The translations under genes and the position numbers were made by a program. This document shows positions 5,872 to 13,988 of a stretch of 20,107 bases of DNA, one piece after another. This stretch comes from Candidatus Subterrananammoxibius californiae. GTDB lineage: Bacteria > Planctomycetota > Brocadiia > Brocadiales > Subterrananammoxibiaceae. The DNA lies in the NCBI GenBank assembly GCA_030586555.1, contig JAURAC010000005.1, forward strand, positions 1-20,107, given 5' to 3'. A model generated the notes under the pieces. It was not told the DNA's origin. It ran no database searches and was given only the letters and a program-made list of their open reading frames with translations. Each line of letters begins with the position of its first letter. Position 1 is the first letter of the stretch.

Positions 5872-7083
5872 TTATATGTGGGTGGTATTGTATATCTCAT
5901 CCATCTTTTTACCGATAATATCCCACGAGTATTTTTCTTCTACCAATTTTCTGCCTTCCTTGCCGAGGCTTTCTCTTAGGTTTGAGTCATTTAATACCCT
6001 GATTACTTGTTTTGAAAAGTCCTCTGGCGTGTCGGCGATAAGGATGTTTTTCCCATGGGTTACATCAATTCCTTCAGCGCCTATGGATGTGGAGACAATA
6101 GCCTTTCCCATAGCCATAGCATCGAGTATCTTGAGCCTGGTACCGCCCCCAATTCGGAGAGGGACAATGTAAACAGCGGCTTTTCCAATATACGGTCTTA
6201 CGTCTTCTACAAATCCAAGGTGTGTTACATTTTCTGTCAAGGGAAGACCAATATCATTATTTGTTCTGGCTTTACCTATTATAGTTAATCTGACATCTTT
6301 TATTTCTTTTTTTATCAGGGGCAATATTTCTTGATAGAAAAATTTTAAGCCGTCAATGTTGGGTAACCAGTCTGTGCGGCCAGCAAATATAAGGGTGTTT
6401 TTCTCAACTTGTGTTTTTTGGGGCTGGAAGTAATCAACGTCAACGCCGTTCGGGACTACTGAGAATCTTGCCTGTGGAGAAATTAACTGCAATTGTTGTT
6501 TGTCTAATTCAGAGACTGCCACACAACACTTGAACATCGGGCACATCTTTCTTTCATAGCGTAATAATTTTTTGTACTGGAGGTAAAAAAACCATTTTTT
6601 CAATGGATTCTTCTCTACCTCTGCGTGCCTGAGTATGAGCGTAGATTCTACGTTGTGGTTTACTAAGACAGTGGCTTTTGGATTATAGTCATAAATATAT
6701 CCTGCCAGGTCAATCATATCGCACTGAAGGATATCGAAGTTTACTCTTCGAATTAGCTTGGCTATGGTTTGTCTTGCCTGCATAGAGTAATATTTTTGAG
6801 CAGTGTAAGGTAGTTGCGAAAAGAGGTTTAAGAAGAGTGATTTGACAAGGCTTATCCTTGACCAGTCATCTGGCAGATAAAATGCATGAACCTCTTTACA
6901 TATCTTCTTAAGGTAGTTTGCATTTTCAGGGTCGTTCTTTTCTTTTATAAAACCGATAAGATATACGTCATTATTTTTGGCAATGTGCTTGAGTAAGTTG
7001 TACGTTCTCTGGTATGCGCCGCCGTGAGGTGGATATGGAATAAAAGCACATATAAATAGTATGTTCACTTTACGACCTCTCAC
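5872..7083 (-). CDS. Glycosyltransferase family 4 (GT-B), similar to PEP-CTERM-associated sugar transferases
   Basis: PYPPHGGA..R, VVPNGVD..YF, PNIDGL, GFVEDVRPY, VPLRIGGGTRLKILDAMAMGKAIVSTSIGAEG. The true start may be GTG at 7068, which has GAGGT 6 nt upstream. Confidence 0.93.
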   Translation of the reverse strand: MRGRKVNILFICAFIPYPPHGGAYQRTYNLLKHIAKNNDVYLIGFIKEKNDPENANYLKKICKEVHAFYLPDDWSRISLVKSLFLNLFSQLPYTAQKYYSMQARQTIAKLIRRVNFDILQCDMIDLAGYIYDYNPKATVLVNHNVESTLILRHAEVEKNPLKKWFFYLQYKKLLRYERKMCPMFKCCVAVSELDKQQLQLISPQARFSVVPNGVDVDYFQPQKTQVEKNTLIFAGRTDWLPNIDGLKFFYQEILPLIKKEIKDVRLTIIGKARTNNDIGLPLTENVTHLGFVEDVRPYIGKAAVYIVPLRIGGGTRLKILDAMAMGKAIVSTSIGAEGIDVTHGKNILIADTPEDFSKQVIRVLNDSNLRESLGKEGRKLVEEKYSWDIIGKKMDEIYNTTHI

Positions 7084-7089
7084 GTGGCA

Positions 7090-8172
7090 TCACTTTAGTT
7101 TAACGATATAGCTTGCAAATTTCGCTACCTTTTCACGGAAACCACCGCTATAATTACAGTTCAAAATACTGCAAGGTCTTTTACAAAATTTGATAATCTT
7201 CCTGAGTTGTTTTGCCTTTTCTGAATTCCAAACATTTATGGGGGTGTCTCTGACAACGTTCCCGATTGCGTTCATTTGATAGCATAGTTGTACATCGCCA
7301 TTTGGGGCGATACAAAAATTTTGCATGCCTACCTTGCATTTTCTTTTTTCTGTCGGTGCATTGGGGTTCTTAAAATATGTCTTCATATCTTCGAGTTGCT
7401 TAATCGAGTTAATGATGCGTGTTCCCCCTCTTTTCATTTCTACAAGTTCATCGAGCACACGGCAAACATCGTTATAATTATCTATCCATAATTCATTTGT
7501 GTTATACCAGTCATGTTTATATTCGGCAGCAAAGTTGGCATTTAACGGCTGAAAGAGTATCCCATTAATTCCTTTTATATCCACCCATTTCGCCATCTCT
7601 ACCAAATCATTCAAATTGGTTTTCATAATAATGGTTGACACAGTGACAAGAGGTCCGGACTTCATTCCGCTTAAGAGGTCTACTGCCTTTAAGGTTTTTT
7701 CAAATGCCCCTTTTATGCCGCGTGTAAGGTCGTTTGTTTCGGGGGTAAAACCATCTAAAGATATTGCTATTCTATTAAGTCCCGACTGCTCCAGATGTGA
7801 TACTATTTTCTCGTTTATTAAAATGCCATTTGTCAGGACGTTTGTCAAAATGCCATTTTTGCTGGCGAAGGCAATTAATTCTACGAGGTCCTTTCGCATA
7901 AAAGGTTCGCCACCGCCAATTGTAAGATTGAATTTGCCCATCCATTTGCGAAGCTTTGAGAATATTTCCTTATATTGTTCAGTGGTAAGTTCAGAATCTA
8001 CGTCCTTTTTCCATATATCGCATTGCATGCACCTGCAATTGCATCGGCTTGTTATGTCAATATTAATGGATGTAGGTTTACAGAAGCATCTGCCCGACCA
8101 CAGCGATGCTTCCTGAAGTACATAATTAGTTGTTTGCTCAAAGGCAAGTCGGGCAAATTGAGTTTTTTTCAT
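7090..8172 (-). CDS. Radical SAM protein with SPASM/twitch domain
   Basis: CNCRCMQC (CxxxCxxC), GGGEPF, TNG, ISLDG, and C-terminal CKVG...I.PNGDV.LC...IGN...W...CKRPC...C. Confidence 0.92.
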   Translation of the reverse strand: MKKTQFARLAFEQTTNYVLQEASLWSGRCFCKPTSINIDITSRCNCRCMQCDIWKKDVDSELTTEQYKEIFSKLRKWMGKFNLTIGGGEPFMRKDLVELIAFASKNGILTNVLTNGILINEKIVSHLEQSGLNRIAISLDGFTPETNDLTRGIKGAFEKTLKAVDLLSGMKSGPLVTVSTIIMKTNLNDLVEMAKWVDIKGINGILFQPLNANFAAEYKHDWYNTNELWIDNYNDVCRVLDELVEMKRGGTRIINSIKQLEDMKTYFKNPNAPTEKRKCKVGMQNFCIAPNGDVQLCYQMNAIGNVVRDTPINVWNSEKAKQLRKIIKFCKRPCSILNCNYSGGFREKVAKFASYIVKLK

Positions 8173-8215
8173 TTCAGAAGTTTACATTCCTTCCTAAGTC
8201 ATAATTCCACCACAA

Positions 8216-8245
8216 CACGGACAAACAAGTTTGTCCATGCCACCC
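8216..8245. repeat. GGTGGCA-type REP-like palindrome
   Basis: cacggacaaac-aa-gtttgtccatg-ccaccc; the minus strand reads gggtggcatggacaaacttgtttgtccgtg. Intergenic. Confidence 0.75.
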
Positions 8246-8262
8246 TTTTTAGGATACGATTC

Positions 8263-9456
8263 TTAAATATTGATACCGTTCAGGCAATTAAGATAAAGTT
8301 TTTCATAAGCATTGACCATTTTATCAAGACTGAAATGCTCGAGTACCCTGTTTCGACCCTTTGTACCCATTTCATTAATTAAATTCCTATCCTTTAAGAG
8401 TTTGATTATTTTTTCTGCCATAATTGAAGGTTCCCCGGGAGGCACCAGAAAACCAGTCTCGTTGTCTATTACAACCTTTGCATTGCCCCCAACATTTGTA
8501 GCTACTACAGGTTTTCCAGATGCCATCGCTTCTAAAAGTGTTAAAGAAGTTCCTTCGGTTAAGGATGAGAGAACGAAAATGTCCATAATTGATAGTAATT
8601 CAGGTATATCCTTGCGTTCGCCCAGGAGAAGCACCTTGTCAGATAATTTCAACATTTGAATTTGTTCTTCTATGTTTTGTTTTTGAGAGCCATTTCCAAT
8701 AATTAGTAATTTGCAGTCTGGAACTATTTTTATTACCTCAGCGAACGCATTTATAAGGGTTAAATGGTCTTTTACTGGTTCAAGGCGTGCTACGATACCA
8801 ATGGTATAGTCGTCGCTCGTCGTTCGTCGTTCGTGACTTGTGAACTGTTCTGTATCCACACCGTTTTCAATCTGTATGATTTTCCTGCTATCTAATTTTA
8901 CAACCTCTTGCATATAACTTGTAAGATATTCAGAAACCGTAACTAATTTGTTAGTAAATCTAAAATATAGCCTGTCACAAAAAATAAGTGATTTAGTCTC
9001 AGGAAAGATACGACCGTGTTCAGTGTGTATGGTAACGGGAACATTACAGAGCCTCGCAGCCAATGGGCTATAATGCCAGCAACCTGAGTGACTGTGAATA
9101 ATATCGGGTTTTATTTTTCTTATTAAACGAATTAGCTCGTAAGGGTAAATAAGAGGCACAAAGCGAAGCATCCTTTTTGCCGAGATTACCTTAATGCCAT
9201 GCTTTTCTACTTCTGCAGCCAGTGGACCTCGTCTTAGAATTACAACGATTGTTACTTCAAAAATGTCCTTATTTAAATTTTTTGTAAGGTTATATACTAC
9301 GTGCTCCATACCAGCCATATCGAGGGTTAAAATTACGTGCATTACGGTTATTTTTCTACCATTAACCGGGGAATATCTTTTCTTACCAGTAATTAAAGTT
9401 ATTAATTTTAGCAGGATAAATCCTGTTGTTTGTATTATTAAGTTCTGGATGTTCAT
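8263..9456 (-). CDS. Glycosyltransferase family 4 (TIGR03088-like sugar transferase)
   Basis: LDMAGME, PDIIHSH, IHTEHG, IENGVD, ARLEPVKDH, FVLSSLTEGTSLTLLEAMASGKPVVATNVGGN. Confidence 0.94.
   Translation of the reverse strand: MNIQNLIIQTTGFILLKLITLITGKKRYSPVNGRKITVMHVILTLDMAGMEHVVYNLTKNLNKDIFEVTIVVILRRGPLAAEVEKHGIKVISAKRMLRFVPLIYPYELIRLIRKIKPDIIHSHSGCWHYSPLAARLCNVPVTIHTEHGRIFPETKSLIFCDRLYFRFTNKLVTVSEYLTSYMQEVVKLDSRKIIQIENGVDTEQFTSHERRTTSDDYTIGIVARLEPVKDHLTLINAFAEVIKIVPDCKLLIIGNGSQKQNIEEQIQMLKLSDKVLLLGERKDIPELLSIMDIFVLSSLTEGTSLTLLEAMASGKPVVATNVGGNAKVVIDNETGFLVPPGEPSIMAEKIIKLLKDRNLINEMGTKGRNRVLEHFSLDKMVNAYEKLYLNCLNGINI
8810..8844. repeat. Intragenic 7-bp tandem repeat (TCGTCGY-like, 5 units)
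   Basis: tcgtcgc tcgtcgt tcgtcgt tcgtgac ttgtgaa, encoding FTSHERRTTSD on the minus strand. Confidence 0.7.
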
Positions 9457-9462
9457 ATCCTG

Positions 9463-9507
9463 AAATCCCCCTTGCCACCTTCAGTAAAAGGGGGGGGGTA
9501 GGGGGCA
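9463..9507. repeat. CCCCCTTT/AAAGGGGG-family element (copy 3) filling the GT2-GT4 intergenic gap
   Basis: aaatcccccttgccaccttcagtaaaag followed by a G-run and tagggggca. Same double-hairpin layout as 1914-1952 and 2461-2505. Confidence 0.75.
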
Positions 9508-10704
9508 TCAACCCCGTTCCGGTGTCCAAACGGTATCCACATTCCCACGTATAAAACTAATCCATCCTTTCAGGATTGCATAATTCAAAAAACAGAATTG
9601 ATAGGGAAGACTGAAAAGATGCACTCTAACGTTATTTTTTTCTACTAATATTTCCACAGCAACAAAGAGATAAAAAGAAAGCTGGCAGAGGAAAATAATA
9701 TTATAAATAATCCCGTGGAACATTAATAAAAGGTTTAAGAAGAAGACGGAGACCATCAGAAAAGGCACTAACCATTTTAGCACCTTATGGCTGAATAATT
9801 CTAATGCAAAGAGCTTCCACTTAAAAGGACTTAAAATTGTCCACTCAGAAACCAACCCCTTTATGCATCTATTTATTATCCTTGTCTGTCTTTTAAATTC
9901 CCCTTTGGAGGATGATGCACTTTCTTCCAGGCATACAGCCTCGTCTTCCTGAATTCCCCTGAAGCCCTTTTTAGCTATCTGTATGGGGATAATAAAATCA
10001 TTGATATGGTCGCTGTGAAGATGCTCGTATAAATTCTTTCTAATGGCGAAGATTGCCCCATCTGCGCCAACAACGGAGCCTATCCGGCTCTCTTTTGTTT
10101 TAATAAAAAGTTCAAGTTTACTGTATATACCCATCCCCTCGTTTATCCCTGTATTTCCCTTACTAATATATTCAGTCACCCCGCTTACGAATCCTATTGA
10201 TTTGTCAGCAAAAGGTCTAACAAGCTTTCTTAGTGCATCTTTTCGGAACATAGCATTCGCATCGGTGAAAACAATAATCTCACCCGTAGCCATTGGCACT
10301 GCCTGGTTCAGACCTGCCGTTTTACCCATGCGTTCAGGTTGAACAAGAAGTTTTACGCCACCATCCTGTGATAGAGGCGTATTGTCGTACCTGAGGCAGA
10401 TTCGCCGTGGCGAACAATACGCCCCTGCTATCTCATTTGTCCTGTCTGTAGACGCATCCGAGATTACAACAATTTCTAATTTTTCTTTTGGGTAATCGAG
10501 TGAAAGGCTGTTCTCAATCTTTTGCTTGATGACTTTTTCTTCGTTGTAAGCAGATATTAATAGAGAAACCGAGGGTGTTATATCACTTTTTTCTACAGGT
10601 TTGCGTAAAAAAACCGCCAGCAGGGCAAGTAGCAAAGGATAACCTAAATAGGCATAAAAAATTAAGAATATGAATAACCAGAATAATATCTCTATCATTA
10701 TCAT
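9508..10704 (-). CDS. Glycosyltransferase family 2 (CESA-like/IcaA-PgaC-like, membrane-anchored)
   Basis: N-terminal TM (YAYLGYP), AYNEE, LDYP, SDASTDRT, GKTAGLN, FTDAN, GADGAIFAIR, DF, R..RI, SHKVLKW and C-terminal TM helices. ATGA overlap with the upstream asnB. Confidence 0.93.
   Translation of the reverse strand: MIMIEILFWLFIFLIFYAYLGYPLLLALLAVFLRKPVEKSDITPSVSLLISAYNEEKVIKQKIENSLSLDYPKEKLEIVVISDASTDRTNEIAGAYCSPRRICLRYDNTPLSQDGGVKLLVQPERMGKTAGLNQAVPMATGEIIVFTDANAMFRKDALRKLVRPFADKSIGFVSGVTEYISKGNTGINEGMGIYSKLELFIKTKESRIGSVVGADGAIFAIRKNLYEHLHSDHINDFIIPIQIAKKGFRGIQEDEAVCLEESASSSKGEFKRQTRIINRCIKGLVSEWTILSPFKWKLFALELFSHKVLKWLVPFLMVSVFFLNLLLMFHGIIYNIIFLCQLSFYLFVAVEILVEKNNVRVHLFSLPYQFCFLNYAILKGWISFIRGNVDTVWTPERG
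10371..10428. repeat. GTAG-type REP with a nested 30-nt insert, in frame inside the GT2 gene
   Basis: atagaggcgtattg [tcgtacctgaggcaga ttcgccgtggcgaa] caatacgcccctgc. Same arms as the element at 425-494. Confidence 0.85.
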
Positions 10705-12596
10705 TTCATGTACATCCTATGCCATGTCTCAAAAACAATTAATGCCCAGATTAAGGTGTCATGGGTCTCTTTTCTGGCAAAATGTTCCTCAAGAATGCTT
10801 GAGACGGTTTTTGGATTAAATAATCCATGACGTTTTAGCGACGATTCGCTTAATACTTCCAGCGCATACCCCTTTAAATCGTTTTGTAACCATGTTGACA
10901 TGGGACCAACAAATCCCTGCTTTTTGTGATTAATTATCTCCAAAGGAAGCAGGTGAGCAACACCCTTCTTAAGCAAAAATTTCTTTTTTAAATGGCGTAT
11001 CTTCATTTCTGCTGGTATTGTTGCGCAAAATTCCATCAATTTGTGGTCGAGAAATGGCACTCGCACCTCAAGCGAGTGGTGCATGCTCATTCTGTCCGTA
11101 ACCGCAAGGATGTCCTCCGGGAGGTACGTCTTAATATCCTGATAGAATACCCTGTCTAAAGGATTCTGAGCATTTTCTGAGTTATAATAATATGTTAAAT
11201 GGTCAGTGACCCATGAAAAGTCTACCTCGTTTTGAACTGCTCGTGAATACAGGTCTTTTCTCCTTTTATCGTCAAGCATTGAGACATAACTAAGGTATCT
11301 ATGGTCAGAGGGGAGATTAGATGCCCTTATAAATCGTTTTAAATGATTGATTGTATAATTGCCATTTCCGTTTTCTGGTAACTGGTTTATTATGGGTGCA
11401 ATAATCCTATCCCTGACGAAACGAGGCAGTCTTTCATATTTATTACTAAGGGAAAAGCCGAGGTATCGTTCATATCCGCCAAAGAGTTCATCACCGCCGA
11501 GACCGGAGAGGGCAACTGTAACAAACTCTTTTGCTAATTTGCATACATAGTATGAGGGAATCACGGAATCGTCGGCAAACGGTTCGTCAAAAGCGCCTAC
11601 AAGCTCATCCATCAGCCTTATAAAATCAGGCTTAACTTCAAATTCCTTCTGGTTTGTATGATACCTTTGGGCAACAAGTCTTGCGTAATGCCTTTCATCG
11701 TTGTATCCCCCGACGTTCCCGCCAAATCCTATCGAAAACGTATTTACCTGTGAATTGTTATTCCTTGCCATCAAGGAAACCACAGTGCTTGAATCAATTC
11801 CTCCGCTCAAGAATGCGCCGAGCGGCACCTCGCTCATAAGATGGATTTTTACAGATTCCTCAAGCAATCCCATAAACCCATCAATAAAGTAGTCCTCACT
11901 CTTTTTGTAATCCGGCTGATAATATATGTCCCAATATTTCTCTATCCTGATTTGTCCCTTTTCACAAACAATAATGTGGCCTGGAAGAAGCTTGTAAATA
12001 TCCTTGAAGATTGTAAGTGGGGCTGGTATATAGGAGAGGGTAAAGAAGGCATCGAAGGCGCGCCAATCAATCTCTCTCTTTATGCCTGGATATTCTAAAA
12101 TAGCCTTTAACTCCGATGCGAAGATAAGGGAACCATTAATATTTGTATAAAAAAGAGGTTTAATGCCTACCCTATCCCTTGCTATAAGTAACTTTTCTTG
12201 CTTACTATCCCAGATGGCAAACGCAAACATCCCTCTAAGTTTTTCTACGCATGCTTCTCCAGATTCTTCATACTCATGAATAACTACCTCGGTATCGCTC
12301 TTTGTAGAAAATAGATGACCCTTTTCTTGCAAGCGTTCTCTCAATTCCAAATAGTTATATATTTCGCCATTTAAAACAATCCAGATTGTTTTATCTTCGT
12401 TAGGGATTGGTTGATGACCGCCTGCCACATCAATAATGCTAAGGCGCCTCATGCCGAGAGCAATATTAGCATCGAGGAATATCCCTTGGTCATCGGGACC
12501 ACGATGCCGTATTGTAGAGCACATATTAAGGAGAGTTTCCTGACTAACCCGTTTGTTTTTATCCTTAAAGTTATAGATACCAGTTATGCCACACAT
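10701..12596 (-). CDS. asnB: Asparagine synthase (glutamine-hydrolysing)-like amidotransferase, EPS-associated
   Basis: MCGI N-terminal Cys nucleophile, HRGPDD, RRLSIID, NGEIYN, SDTEV, LSGGIDSS, SGLGGDELFGGY, EVRVPFLDH, KQGF. Confidence 0.95.
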   Translation of the reverse strand: MCGITGIYNFKDKNKRVSQETLLNMCSTIRHRGPDDQGIFLDANIALGMRRLSIIDVAGGHQPIPNEDKTIWIVLNGEIYNYLELRERLQEKGHLFSTKSDTEVVIHEYEESGEACVEKLRGMFAFAIWDSKQEKLLIARDRVGIKPLFYTNINGSLIFASELKAILEYPGIKREIDWRAFDAFFTLSYIPAPLTIFKDIYKLLPGHIIVCEKGQIRIEKYWDIYYQPDYKKSEDYFIDGFMGLLEESVKIHLMSEVPLGAFLSGGIDSSTVVSLMARNNNSQVNTFSIGFGGNVGGYNDERHYARLVAQRYHTNQKEFEVKPDFIRLMDELVGAFDEPFADDSVIPSYYVCKLAKEFVTVALSGLGGDELFGGYERYLGFSLSNKYERLPRFVRDRIIAPIINQLPENGNGNYTINHLKRFIRASNLPSDHRYLSYVSMLDDKRRKDLYSRAVQNEVDFSWVTDHLTYYYNSENAQNPLDRVFYQDIKTYLPEDILAVTDRMSMHHSLEVRVPFLDHKLMEFCATIPAEMKIRHLKKKFLLKKGVAHLLPLEIINHKKQGFVGPMSTWLQNDLKGYALEVLSESSLKRHGLFNPKTVSSILEEHFARKETHDTLIWALIVFETWHRMYMK

Positions 12597-12658
12597 TTTC
12601 TTGCTTCTGTCAAAAATATTATCCTATACTATCCTACTTTGTATCGTCTGGGCTACCG

Positions 12659-13951
12659 TCATAATACCCATACCCTCACGCCTACTCTTTCAAAAGCCTT
12701 TGTGTCAAAAATACATTTTACATCAATCAATACTGGCTTTTTGTTCATAAGCCTGGTCAACCTATCAACCGACATCCCCAAGTATTGTTGATGTGCCACC
12801 GCAGCAATAACCGCATCTGCTGGTTTTAGCTTTTCCATTGAGGTTATAAGGTGAATACCGTATTCACGTTCTGCCTCGGCATGGTCTGCTATCGGGTCGT
12901 GAACCTGAACATTAACGCCGTAATCTTGCAATTCGCGTATAATGTCAATTACCTTTGAATTGCGCAGGTCCTGGCAGTTTTCTTTGAAGGTCAGTCCCAG
13001 TACCGTTACCGTTGAGTTAAGGATGTTGTGTCCAGCAAGAATCATCTCCTTTACGGTTCGCTGAGCAATGAATTTACCCATTCCGTCATTAATACGACGG
13101 CCTGCAAGAATTACTTGTGGAATGTAGCCTAACTTTTCCGCTTTATGGGTAAGATAGTAAGGGTCTACACCAATACAGTGCCCACCCACTAATCCTGGCT
13201 TAAACTTCAAAAAGTTCCACTTCGTTCCTGCCGCTTCAAGGACATCGTTCGTATTAATGCCCATGAGGTCAAAAATAAGAGCCAGTTCATTCATCAGTGC
13301 AATGTTTAAATCCCGCTGCGTGTTCTCAATTACCTTGGCTGCTTCAGCGACCTTAATACTTGTTGCTCTATGCACGCCCGCAGTAACTACTGATTCATAT
13401 ACTTGAGCTACAATTCCCAGTGTTTCGGCATCCTGGCCAGACACTACCTTTTTGATTTTAGTGAACGCATGCTCCTTATCGCCGGGGTTGATACGCTCAG
13501 GACTATAACCCACTTTAAAATCAACGCCGCATTTAAGACTGGATGCCAATTCCAGAACAGGTACACATTCCTCCTCCGTAACCCCTGGATACACCGTTGA
13601 CTCATAAACAACAATATCTCCTAACTTTAAAGCCTTGCCCACAGTCTCAGAAGCCCTTAACACAAGCGTTAAATCAGGCCGATTGGCAGCATCTACGGGG
13701 GTCGGCACCGCCACAATATGGAAATTAGCAAGTTTCAAATCCTCAAGCTTATCAGTAAAAAGAATGTTGGAGGATTTTAGAACCTCGGATTCTACCTCAC
13801 GGGTTCGGTCGAAACCGTTCTTGACCTCCTGTATGCGCTTTGAATTAGTATCAAAGCCGATGGTCTTTCTTACTTTCCCGAAGGCAACCGCTACCGGCAG
13901 GCCCACATAACCCAAACCTACTACAGAAATGATTCGTTCTTTTTGAAACAT
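12659..13951 (-). CDS. Nucleotide-sugar dehydrogenase, TviB/WbpO-like UDP-N-acetylhexosamine 6-dehydrogenase
   Basis: GLGYVG Rossmann motif, VAVPTP, YESTVYPG, YSPERINPGD, AEAAKVIENTQRD, GLVGGHCIGVDPYYL (catalytic Cys), GLTFKENC.D.RNS. Confidence 0.95.
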   Translation of the reverse strand: MFQKERIISVVGLGYVGLPVAVAFGKVRKTIGFDTNSKRIQEVKNGFDRTREVESEVLKSSNILFTDKLEDLKLANFHIVAVPTPVDAANRPDLTLVLRASETVGKALKLGDIVVYESTVYPGVTEEECVPVLELASSLKCGVDFKVGYSPERINPGDKEHAFTKIKKVVSGQDAETLGIVAQVYESVVTAGVHRATSIKVAEAAKVIENTQRDLNIALMNELALIFDLMGINTNDVLEAAGTKWNFLKFKPGLVGGHCIGVDPYYLTHKAEKLGYIPQVILAGRRINDGMGKFIAQRTVKEMILAGHNILNSTVTVLGLTFKENCQDLRNSKVIDIIRELQDYGVNVQVHDPIADHAEAEREYGIHLITSMEKLKPADAVIAAVAHQQYLGMSVDRLTRLMNKKPVLIDVKCIFDTKAFERVGVRVWVL

Positions 13952-13988
13952 AAATCTCCCTTAATATATGTCAAATTAATCAAAGCAT

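Noticed and set aside
5180..5957. Template/variable repeat pair of a diversity-generating retroelement
   Set aside because: Differences are mostly synonymous or conservative and not restricted to adenines in one copy. No reverse transcriptase is in the window.
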